Source: Vicugna vicugna | Taxonomy: Eukaryota | Reading direction: 5' to 3' | DNA: 64,000 nt | Assembly: GCA_013265495.1 (NCBI GenBank) | Contig: MU057403.1 | Coordinates: 287,965-351,964, forward strand | Shown: piece by piece, positions 12,182 to 23,611 of the stretch | How the letters are laid out: every line of letters begins with the position of its first letter | Position numbering within the stretch: the stretch's first letter is position 1 | Made by a program: the position numbers and the translations under genes | Notes under the pieces: generated by a model | What the model was told of the DNA's origin: nothing | Databases searched by the model: none | What the model saw: the letters and a program-made list of their open reading frames with translations, nothing else

Positions 12182-12981
12182 GTGGCGATGTCTTGCAGTG
12201 TGGTTGCTCTCAGTCCTGTGCATGTGTGTTTTGTGTGCTGAGCTAACACAGAGAATTAAAATTTGCGTCTTAGCCCTGTCTTGCCAGGAGGCTGTTGTTT
12301 TGGATACTAGCAGTGTTATAACTTGCATTCTAAAGGCTTAATTTATTGACCAGAGAGGAGGCATATTAATATATATCTTGGGTGAAAACAATGGCAGACA
12401 AATGATCTTAGTGTTCTGAGATCATCTCTGAATCGATCATTGATTTTTCTTTGAAAGAAAAATGCACATTTTTGGAATCACATTAAATAAACCCTGTGCC
12501 AAAAATATGGCATTTTGTCTAATTGACTTAAATTATTTTAATATCCAATCTGGTGTCCACAATTTTTAGTATCATGTATACAATGCCAACTTTTTTTACA
12601 TGTATTAAGTAGTGGAGACATTTTAAAAAGTCATATTTAACTTGAAATTGTGTTATTTGGAGTGAGGATAAAAAATATATTTCTAGGGCTCTAAATATAA
12701 CTCTTTTAAAGCAGCAATTTTTAAAACAGAAGGTGTTCCATCCTTTTTAAAGTTTGCATTCTTTGAGCAGCCTATATTTTGCAAAGGTTTTATAAAAACA
12801 AGGCTGCTCTTTGGAGAACAAATCACATATCAGCCTAGATTTGTTCATTCCATTCTCTATATTGTATTTATAGTCAAAAAAACCCCAATAATAACAATAA
12901 CATATGCTGTGTGCATACTGCACACCTGAGCTACGGGTGTGAACACAACAGCATCTCTGTCCTCTCAAGATGGAGGAGACA

Positions 12982-13107
12982 GGGGGAGGGTATAGCTCAG
13001 TGGTAGAGTGCATGCTTAGCATGCATGAGGTCCTGGGTTCGATCCCCAGTACCGGTAAATGAATAAATAAATAAAAATAAATATAATCGCCCCCCCCCCA
13101 CAAAAAA
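12982..13107 (+). mobile_element. tRNA-Ala-derived SINE (Vic-1-like) with TSD
   Basis: Near-consensus head; TSD GGAGGAGACA at 12972-12981 and 13108-13117. Confidence 0.9.
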
Positions 13108-13216
13108 GGAGGAGACAAAAAAATAAATAAATAAACCAACAGGTATGAGAAATGCCAGGTGGTGAGAAGTACAAGGAAACAGTTGCGTGAAGGGACGTCT
13201 ATCCCATAAACATTTA

Positions 13217-13218
<2 letters not shown>

Positions 13219-13260
<42 letters not shown>

Positions 13261-13270
13261 AAGAGAGAGA
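13219..13270. repeat. (GT)17 microsatellite followed by GA tract
   Basis: Read directly. Confidence 0.95.
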
Positions 13271-16200
13271 TCCACATAGGTAGGATAAAAGGGTTCAATA
13301 ATATTTTTCATTCTTTAAATTTTTTGTTAAGTTACAAAAATAATACATTTTCATTGTAGGAAAAAAACCCTCAAAAAACAGTCCAGAGGTATGTAGAATA
13401 AACACAGGAAATTCCTGTTTGTATTCCTACCTGACCCCCACTCCCTTCCCCGGGAGAGAAAAAGTTGCAAGTTTGCTCATCCAGAATTTTCCTTCTTAAC
13501 AAAAATGTGACCACACAGATGTGAATTTTTAAAAACATGAGTAGGATGACATGATACTTGATTTTTGTTTTTATGTTGGGGCTCTTTTTTAAAATCAGTG
13601 CAGGTATATTGAAGTCCAGCTCTCATAACGCGTAATGCTGCATAATACTCCATAGCAGGCCTGACTCAGTTCTGTGTTGCTAGAGGTTAGAGTATTCCCA
13701 GTTTTCTAATATTAATAAATGCTGTTTTGTGATAGTAAAAACAGTGCTATTTCTGTATTTCTGTTATTTTTTTTAAACTCTGACATGTATATTAATACAT
13801 AGCTAACTTACGAAGGTAATTCATAACTAGTGTTAGACTTGTGTTTGATCCACGTATCCTAAAAGCCTAAACTTTTTCTTAAGTAATTGTTCCTTTTTTT
13901 TATAACTCCTATATTATACATGTTCAGATATAGTAAATTAGTATATATAAATAAACCAAAAAGAAGGAAAAAACCTTTTAAAATTTTAAAAAACCTTTAA
14001 AAACCTATATTACCCCCTGCAAAGGATAATCACTGTTAATTATGCTATATTCTTTCAAACTGTTTTATATTCTCAAGCTGCTATTTTAGACTTTTGTGGC
14101 TTACCATTTCGATGTAATAAAATGCTTTAAAATTATAATTTGAGCTTAAGCATATTGTCTGCCATTAGAAGCTTGTCCCACCATGTATAAGCGTTTGGTT
14201 GGTTTTAGTTTTCTTGTACCTGGAAACTTAATCACTCGGAGCACTTGGGCCTTTCACAAGATTGGTGGTTTGGAATGTAGCTGGATTCTAACCCTAGAAT
14301 GCATCTCAGTGTCATTTTACATTACCTCAGTCTTTCAGACCTCTGGCATCTCCGAAAATACTAATTCATGATACAGTCTCTTTTATGTGCTGCATTTATA
14401 AAATTTGTGGAAGATAATGGTCTTTCATACTTTGCCTGCCTTTTAGAATGCATTTGCATGTCTTGAATTTCTGGAAAAGTTCAAAACTCTACCACTGCAT
14501 GTTTAGATTTGTGTTAGAAATTCTTTGTCACCTACCTTAATGTTAAAAATGTTACTAAAAAATCTTTCAGCTTTGAAATGGCATGTGTTGTTAACATAAT
14601 ACATCGTATCAGTCAGAAATATTCATGAATAATTATATTTCATGTCAAAAATCTTAAAAATCTCAACGATCTCTCTATATATTTACCAACCCTATTAAAC
14701 AGCCTCAGATAACATAAGTACTTATGTTCAAATGCTATTCTCAAACTAAACTTCACGTTAAAAATGGCTTCTTATTTATAAGTAGTTGCCCTACTGTGAT
14801 GCTTTGAAAATACTTTGATTCTATTCATGTGTTAGAAGTGTCCCTAGAAAAGCCCACTGAATAGATAATTGTATATAGTTATGTTTTCATATGGGTTTCC
14901 ATTTTAGTTTCAAAAAATGCGTTCCCTTCAAAAAATTTTCAGTGACAGGAATCTGTAAGGAAACATATCTTTTTCTGAGTAGGTAGTTAAATCTCTCGTG
15001 CTGCATCAAAGCTTAGAAAGTTGGTGACATACAGCCTTTTTAAAGTGCAAATAAAGTCAGTGTATTACGTGGTGCATATAATAAATTACATAATGGGAAT
15101 ATTTATCGTTCCCATTTCATTAAAAATAATCACCATCTTTTAGGCTTTAACCTAGTTTATTCTGAGTGATTTTTTTTTTCTGATTAAAGAACAATCCTAC
15201 AAAAACAAAAAATCAGAGAGTCACAAAGTTAAAAGAACACTTAATAAGTTTAAATGTTTTACTTGAGAAGGGAATATAAAATGTTCAGTTATGGAATTTT
15301 AAATTGAGCTGGGAAATCGAGTTTGGAAAAGATTGATTTAAATGATATACAGATAACTAGACAAGACTGGTGAGGAAGCAGGTGCCAAACACAAAGCCAA
15401 GAGTGGGTACATGGGGACAGTAAGGGGGTCCTTCTCCTTTCTCTGCCAGTTAATCTATTTTGGCAGATAATTCTGCCCCCTCATCATCTCTTATCCTTAC
15501 ATATTCTTGGTGTATAGAAATACTGTGATTTTTAAGTTGTCTCCAGGCTCTGCCATCCTGACACATTGGACTTTTCTTTACAAATATGTCTTAATCACAA
15601 CCAAATGATTAAATACAACACAGGTCGATTTGATTTCTTTCTTTCGCCACCAAAGTTTTGACCTTAATTTTCCGTGGTTACCATTATATAGTGACTGACT
15701 TGGAGAAAACTGATTTTCTTTGTTGGAGAACTGTGGCTGCCCTGGCTGGATGCTGGCGGCTCTCCTGCTGGACACCAGTACAGGCATCTGAAGTGTTCCC
15801 CTAACTGTAGGCGTCAGGGATGCCTGGCCCACTCTGTTAGAGAATGATCCACAGTCCCAAATGAACACATTGTGATTGGATTTTGAGCAGAATTTTCTCA
15901 GCTCTCTCTCAAGCAAGCTAACTATTCCTTTGATGTGGGATTTTAGGACACAGTCTGTCTTCTTTGTTTCATCATGAAAGCAGTTTTAGACAAATATCTT
16001 CATTAGTAGTTACTGATGCTTCAGGTGATTTTATCAGTTTTCTAAAATAGTCACTCTTTTAATTAGTAACCAGAAAGCATTTTCCAAATGGCTCCAAAGA
16101 ACTAGCTTGTCAATTTCAAGATTTTGGTATAAAGTTAGGATCATAACTAGTCTTTTAAAGCACAGTGTTTAATCTACAGATGACTAGCTGCAGGGAGAAA

Positions 16201-16596
16201 AATCAGTGTGAGCCCAGGTGTCAAAGAAGTTACCTTTACAATACCTTACAACACTTGCATTTACTTTACAATATAATATGTTTATAATACTTGTATACTT
16301 TACAGTACTTAAACTGCATATACATTTTAAATGTACAGTTATTTCAGTCTGTGAAGTGAGTTGACTTCTTACTGTATTAAGATACTGCTATTTAAAATGG
16401 AAACTGCTGTGAGAAAAAAGTGTGATAAATTAATAAGCAAAAGATTAAAGTAGAAGAAAAGTAACCTTATGTGAAATTATTGTAAGTAAATATATATAGG
16501 AAGGAGAATTTTTAAGTTTAAATATAGTAGCAAAAAAGGCATGATATAAAATCCAACAATTATTCTAGAAAATAATTGAGGTTTTTCTTTCTCCAG

Positions 16597-16775
16597 ATAC
16601 AATTTTTTTATCATCTTATACCCTGTCGGAGTTGTTGGTGAACTTCTTACGATACACGCTGCCTTACCCTATGTGAAGAAAACAGGAATGTTCTCAATAA
16701 GACTTCCTAATAAATACAATGTCTCCTTTGACTACTATTATTTTCTTCTTATAACCATGGCCTCTTATATACCAT
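16597..16775 (+). CDS. HACD1: HACD1 exon 6 (179 nt), with catalytic Tyr/Glu motif
   Basis: tttctccag| acceptor; [24 protein letters not shown]...TMASYIP; Y-x6-E spacing as in Phs1/HACD enzymes; donor T|GTAAGT. Confidence 0.95.
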
Positions 16776-19481
16776 GTAAGTATGCATTTATTAGTACTTT
16801 GATTTAGCACATGCTGTGAAAGCTTTTTGGAAGATGTTGTAAAATGCTAAATTAATAAGCAAGGAGAAAGAATGTCTTACAAGTACATTAGAACGTCTTT
16901 TCAATCCCACATGTATTCATAATTTGAAATAATTGAAGAGGGAGTTGTGAGAAAAAAGATAAGTTAATACACAAATGATGGCTTTCTCAAAATCATTTAA
17001 AATATGCTTAGTATAAAAAAATACACTTAGTATGATGTGTGTTTTTAAAGAGAAATCATGCATCGGTGAATGCTTTGCAAGTGTTTAGAATTATGTATCT
17101 GCACGTAAGCATTTTACCCAGGAAAATCTGAGGTCATCTCTGTCTTCATTAAATACTTGGAAAAATCATCTGAGTCTTTTTAGTCTTATGTATGTTGCTC
17201 TATGTACTGGAAAATAGTGTAGAAGCTGCTTTTCTTAAAATACTTTGAGTAACTCAGCCCCTTCACTCATTTCTCATCACCTTTCAATAGATGCAATGAA
17301 TTGGTGAGGCTCTGTTCGGTTCTCTTACATACTAATAGTGGTATGTTTGTAGGTCACATTCTGACAATCTCTAGCAGGAAATGTGATGATAAAGCCAGGC
17401 TGTTAGTTGTCCTTCTCACTAAAATGAGAGACTCTGAGGTCAGTGGGGGGAAAAGGGAAATGAGAAACTTTAATAGAATCTGAAATTGACACTGACACTA
17501 TATAAAATATTTCAGCTCCAGGGGATGAGCGTAAAATTTGGCCGCTTCCTTGAGGACTCCAACTTTAAGTCTTTCCACACCCAGAGTTGACTTGATGGTC
17601 ACAGAGGGTCTTTATTCCCTCATCCTCTCCCGTGTCAGCCCGACTCTGTCATCCAATTGTCCGGCAGAGCCAGTTCAGGAGGGCTCAGGGGTGGGGTGCC
17701 TGCAACACTTGTTTCACCCCCGATTTTCCCCACATCTAGTGAGTGAATGCAGCATGCCTTGAGCAGAGCCTCGCCTGGCTTCAGTATCGTCATGGTTACA
17801 GGTTCAGCTATTGGGGTCCCCCCCCCCATCCTCACAACCACTGTAGCATCACCATGGAAACACGGGGCCCAACAGATCCTGGTTTGACACCATCAGACCT
17901 GTACTTCTGACTGCACATGTGCAGGTCTCCTGGAAAACTGAGACTCCAGCAACTTCTCATTTGACCAGGTTGTCAGTTACCCGAGAGCCCCACTTGCTGG
18001 AGGGTTAGTCAGCCCGGGCGGTGTTTTCCAGCTGTTTATCAGTGTTAGTAGTAATAACAACTGACTTGACTTTGCTTATTAAGCCCTTTGCTAATTATGA
18101 GTATAAAAGTTCTTTCAAGTGCTTATTTTAGTGCTCAGAAAAATGCTCTTAGTCATCATTTATTCATATGGACATTATAGATCAGAGAGGTTAAGTGAAT
18201 TGCTTAAAAATCATCCAGTTAATAAAAAAGGCCAGGATTTGAACTCAAGCCCATGCTTCTACTGAACTACACAGAACATTAACTGTGGTTAATATAGTAA
18301 GACTAATTAACTGTAGTTAATTTGTCATAACTACTGCAAGAAGTATTTGCAGTAACTAAATCAGTTGGCTTTGAATGTGTATGACCTGGATATATTTAGG
18401 TCCCTCAGTATCATATGGTGGTTACATTTATCAAGATGAGTAATAAACACCTCCCTAAGTAAAAATAAAATCTTCTGTGCATTTTAGCTCCATTTGAGCT
18501 AAGTTCTAAAGTAGTTATCCACTGGTGCCTAAGCAAAATATTCAAAGCTGGTTTTGTCTTTAGGTTCATTGGTTTTGATGATTCTGTTCATCGTTTTGAG
18601 AGCTATTTCTACATTTGTATTGTCTGTAGCTGATGTTAATTTGTTCATCCACCTACGTTTACCCTATAATTTAAAGTTCTGGTTCAAATTGGGTCAAAAT
18701 AATTCTCCAGATTTGACAGAGCAGGGGACCATTCATCTAACTGACCTAATTAATAGGCATTTATGTGTTTGTATGTAACAGACTACCCTTATGCCCAGCC
18801 AAGAGGGGCTTCTGCTCTGGGCCACATTTTAGAGGGCGCCATTCCAGCTCTCTGCTGATAACCGCCCCCCCAACAGGACCCCCTTCTAAATCACATTCTG
18901 GAACCTGGGATCACGGAATTGGCTATCCATACAGTGCTGAGCACCCATCTGGGGACTGCATAGGTCTGTTCTGAGGGTTAGCTGTGTCAATGGTGTACAC
19001 ATCCCTGAGATCAGGGGTAGCCAAGGGGCAGCTGGTTGTTAAGGAGGATGGATGAAGCTGGATTATGTGGGCTCGAATATCCACACAACTGTTCATGAGA
19101 CCCCTCCTGGTACAGGACGGCCAATAAAACAGAAGGGAGCCAGGGGGCAGCTTTTCTTCTGCTGGAGTGTACTGGCATGATATTCCAAAGAGAGAATTCT
19201 AAATTCAGACATGGCCTTCCAGGTCATTATGAAGGTATACTTATCATGATATTTTAAGTTTGCTTTAAATATAAACCTAACAGTTTATGGCATTAAAAGA
19301 TGTCAGTGTATGGTGTGTGGGTCTTGAGTCTTACTCTGAGGGTGAGCCCTGTAAATATAGGGGAGGTAGCAGTGGTACTTGGTGGGCCTGCTCTCAGAGT
19401 TTGCCGTGTTGAAGAGGTTTTTAAGTAGAAAACATTTCCAACAATAGCTTATCTTTCTTTGTTTCCTTCTTTCCCACTCAG

Positions 19482-19564
19482 TGTTTCCACAACTCTATTT
19501 TCATATGTTACGTCAGAGAAGAAAGGTGCTTCTTGGAGAGGTGATTGTCGAAAAGGATGATTAA
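19482..19564 (+). CDS. HACD1: HACD1 last coding exon
   Basis: ttcccactcag| acceptor; [30 protein letters not shown]; the seven exons sum to 750 nt, one open frame. Confidence 0.95.
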
Positions 19565-19634
19565 GTGATCCCTACGAACAAGGTGCTTTTTCCAAAACAG
19601 CCAGGATTACTTGAGTCCAAGTTTTAATAACAAG

Positions 19635-19640
19635 AATAAA
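19635..19640 (+). terminator. Proximal AATAAA poly(A) signal candidate, HACD1
   Basis: AATAAA 70 nt after the stop codon. Confidence 0.55.
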
Positions 19641-21266
19641 CAACTTCATGAAATAGTATGGATTGTATAATTTCTTAAAATATAACTCGAGACACGTGGT
19701 GTTTGCCAATACCTGTGTTCATACTGTGTCAGGTCCATTTTCTACAGGAACTATGCAAGTATTTATCAACTGCTGGGTAGGCGGTGATCAGTAAGAAATT
19801 AATTGGGTGTATTACCTGGGGGAAAAAAAAACCAAACTTTTGCTAGGCTTTTAGTTTTTTTAGTTTTACTAAATTTTTTTGCAACATATGTTCAAAGCTT
19901 TTTAAATCAATAGTTAGAAATTAGTTTAATGATTTACCATTATGATACTTGCCAAGTGATATTTACAAATGCAACTAAATACAGAATTATAATAATTTGT
20001 TAATAATGTATTGGTCTTTCTTAACCAAGGATTTATTTCTCTCAAGTTGTAAGGCAGAATTTTTGATGAATGATGATTTTTGGAAACACGATGTGGTTTG
20101 CTATGGTAAATCTTTTGATGTAGATAAAGTAGCCATATAAAAAACCAAAAATATTCAATTAGATGTCACAATTGGAAAATAGTCTTTGGAAATATGTTTA
20201 GAGCATTGAAATTACTTAAGCTACTAAGCAGGTTTATTTTTATTTGAATTAACTTCTCGAGGTCAGTCTTTTCAACTCGAAGGATTTTAAGGAATTCAAA
20301 AGAATGTAAGGATGTACTTGGCCTCACTTGTGAAAAAAAAAAATTGGGTCTGATGGTAACATTGGGTTTGTTCCACTCAAAACTTTGGCTGAAAAAGGCC
20401 ACTTTATACTGTGGAATCATCTAATGAAAATCATCTTATGATAACCTCTTTGTAGTACTTAAGTAACAGAAAGTTTTGGTATGATCTGAAATAGACATGT
20501 TTTATTCTGAATTCCATTGAACAGGAAAAAGTCTTATGATAATGCTTCTGTCCACATGTTTAATAGAAAGATACACTGAAGATACCCTGATAGTGCTTTT
20601 AATTCTTTAAATACGTCCTTTACAGATTCCCCCCACCCCCTACTGAGGTCTGCTGCTTTACTGGCCTGGTTTAGAGAGAATATTAAATAGGTGAATTTAA
20701 AAGACAAGGAACTTGTATGCCTGCCATAAATATGTAGGTGTAATTTTGGCTTAAAGTGTTCTGTATCTGTATTTGCATTTACAATCAGTGTGTAACATCA
20801 CACTTTTCAAAATTACTTGTCTTGTGTTACCACCTTTTCAAATTATTTCATGTGGAGATTCAGAATAGTTTTGCAAACTTACATTTTAGATAACTTGATT
20901 TTAAAAGGTGCTATTTCTTTTATTACATTACATCTTAACATTTCCTCCGCAGCTGAATGCTTTAACGAGCAACATGTATTAGATTATTAATTCTCAAAGA
21001 TGCTGGTGTTCATTCTGCACTTACATGCCTTGATCTGTCTTCATCTTGAGTTTTTATACAGAAGAAATTTTCAGGGAATGTTCCCATTTGCTAACATAGT
21101 GTAAGAAGTTTGCATATCTGTTATGTGCCTGTCTTATGAAAGCTATTTTAAATCCTCTTCCTGCAACTTGCATTAATTCAACTTGTGCTCCCTACCAGCA
21201 GCTGTAATACTTTTTTTTTTTTCTGAAGTTGTGGAATATCCTGAAATAGGAATTGTGATCAACTTT

Positions 21267-21402
21267 AATAAAAATGAAAATGTATCAAACTCATCAGTGA
21301 CTATGTTAATATACTCAAAGTATGCCTAAACTTTAGATTTAGTGTATCTTCAGTATCTTTTATTTCAACTAATTCTCAACCATCTTTTGTGTAGAAAATA
21401 AA
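21267..21402 (+). terminator. Distal AATAAA poly(A) signal candidates (21267, 21397), HACD1
   Basis: Two hexamers after about 1.7 kb of AT-rich UTR-like sequence with no obvious repeats. Confidence 0.45.
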
Positions 21403-23611
21403 GTGCTTAAGTGGTAGTTTGATTTTAAAAAGACGAAGTATTTGAAAGTCCTTAGCACTTGTCTTCTGTGGCTGCATTGTCTTTTGAGTGTCTCCCAAAG
21501 TCACCGTAATGTTCCTTTTAGTAGTTCCTTGATTGAGTCAAATAGACCCAGAATTCAATCCTGAAGATTTTGGATTTGAAAAATGTATATCAAGAAATTT
21601 TGATACGAGCACCCTCCTGTTGGACTTGACATTCCTTACAGTTCTGGCTTTAAATTTTTCATAGCTTTATAGCTTGATACATCAAGCTATATTGTATTGT
21701 GTATCATACTATATGTATAATATGTCTTTTTAGAAACTTTTCATGGTCTTAATTTGATATTAATACACAACATCCTTGATAGTTATAACTTAATGGAAAA
21801 AAAATGCCAAAATAAATATTAAAAGTCATTCTTCACCAAAGGCTTTTGTTACTTGACATCTATAGAATCTCAGAAGTGTTATGCTCGCATCTTCGGATTT
21901 TTAAGCATCTAATTATTATACCACTACCTCCTGGTTTCTGACGCTCTTTTGCAAAAGTGACACAGAATAGTGCAATCCCTTCCTTTCTCCCCTGACCTTC
22001 CAAAATATTTGTGCCTATTGTGAGCCAGGTACTGTTGTGGGGAATTAGCAGTTTCCTCCTGCCACACCTCTCTCTTCAACCTACATAGTAAACCTCTGAC
22101 AAAATTACTAGGTTAGATCGGTTAGGAAATCATTTTGCAAAATAATGATTTGCGCTTTAACAAAATTTAGGGCATTGGTAATCTGATGTAGCGGGATTCT
22201 TTGTTACTTACATGTGTTAAATGTCTCAGAACACCACTAAAGAGGCAACATTCTGATTTAAAATTACTTTTGAACAAAATCAGTTACAGATATGAAACGT
22301 TATTAAGGCACAACGCTGAAGGAAAAAGAACTCTTAAGAAGCAACATTTAAATGAATGTGTAAAATGCAGAGGTATTTTCCATTAAACATATATGTAGAT
22401 CTGGAATATACATATAATTGATAAATATAAGAACAACACGGTTTTGTAATTTCTACTATGAAGACATCAACTGGAACTGAAAATTCAGTTTGTTTAGTCT
22501 AAATTTTTGAAACATCTAAAATAGACATTAATCATTCCTCTAGGCTTGAAGTTTAAAAATACATTCTAAAAATTTCAGATTTTTTTTCCAGCTTTTAAAA
22601 ATATATTTATCATTTTTTTTTGTTTTGATAGAATTTCAAACTTACAAGTTGCAAGAAGACTTACTAAGAAGTCTTCACTTGAATTCCCTTAACATTTTGC
22701 CCTTTTGCTGTAGTAATCTCTCTTCATAATATTTTGTGAACCATTTGAGAGTAAACTGGAAACATTAGCCCCTCATTACTTCAGTGTATGTTTCCTAACA
22801 AGGACACAGGACAGTGACCCAAATCAAGAAATTAACACTGACAGAATATCTAAACTACAGACCTTATTCAAACCTCATCAGCATGGATGTTCAGAACACG
22901 TACGTTCTGGGTCAAGATTCAGTCCAGCTTCGGGCGTTTTATTTAGTTGTCATCTCTTTTTGTCTGGAGTGATTGCTTGATTTTTTTGTTTGTTTGTTTC
23001 ATGATTTTAACATTTCAACAGTCAAGAACAGTTATTTTGTGGAAAGTCTCTCAATTTAGGTTTGTTTGAAGTTTCCATATGATTAGATTTAATTTATGCT
23101 CTCTCCTGTAGGAATATTGATTTGTTCCATTTACTGGTATTTTAGGAGTTTTGTTTTTTAATATTTTGGTTTCAGAATAACACATAGGCCTTTTGGTCTT
23201 AATTCATTGGAGTTTGGCTTTGAAATGAGGCACCAGGATTTTTTTTTCCTGCATGATTAATATGTCTTGTTCTGATACATGAAGATTGATGTCTTTTTAA
23301 GGGCTTAAAAAGTACTAAATTATTTTTATACACACAATTTCCAGGCACATTGTTAGCCTGTTGACTTTTATGCCCCTAGACTGTAAAACTCTATGATTAT
23401 TAATATACTTTGATTCTGCTTTAAAAATATTTAACTACAGCATCCTGGTCTACCTAATTGTATATTCTCACCATGTCATTCTGCTCCACTGAAATGATAC
23501 ATAATGCAGGATTGAGGGTGCTCCCAAAATACATTTTTATTTCCTACTTATGATACTGCCTTGCCCCAGTATTTTAAAATGCAGTGTGTTTAATTTGAAA
23601 ATTAAAATTAC

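Noticed and set aside
12036..12341. 101-aa ORF over exon 5
   Set aside because: Only 12060-12181 is exonic; flanks are intron
12982..13053. Apparent tRNA-Ala(AGC) genes here and at 8071, 8509, 10286, 47485 and 62010
   Set aside because: Shared SINE tail, TSDs and altered acceptor stems mark them as SINE heads
18278..18322. Two copies of the quasi-palindrome ttaactgt(g/a)gttaa
   Set aside because: Short and AT-rich; best explained as a micro-duplication
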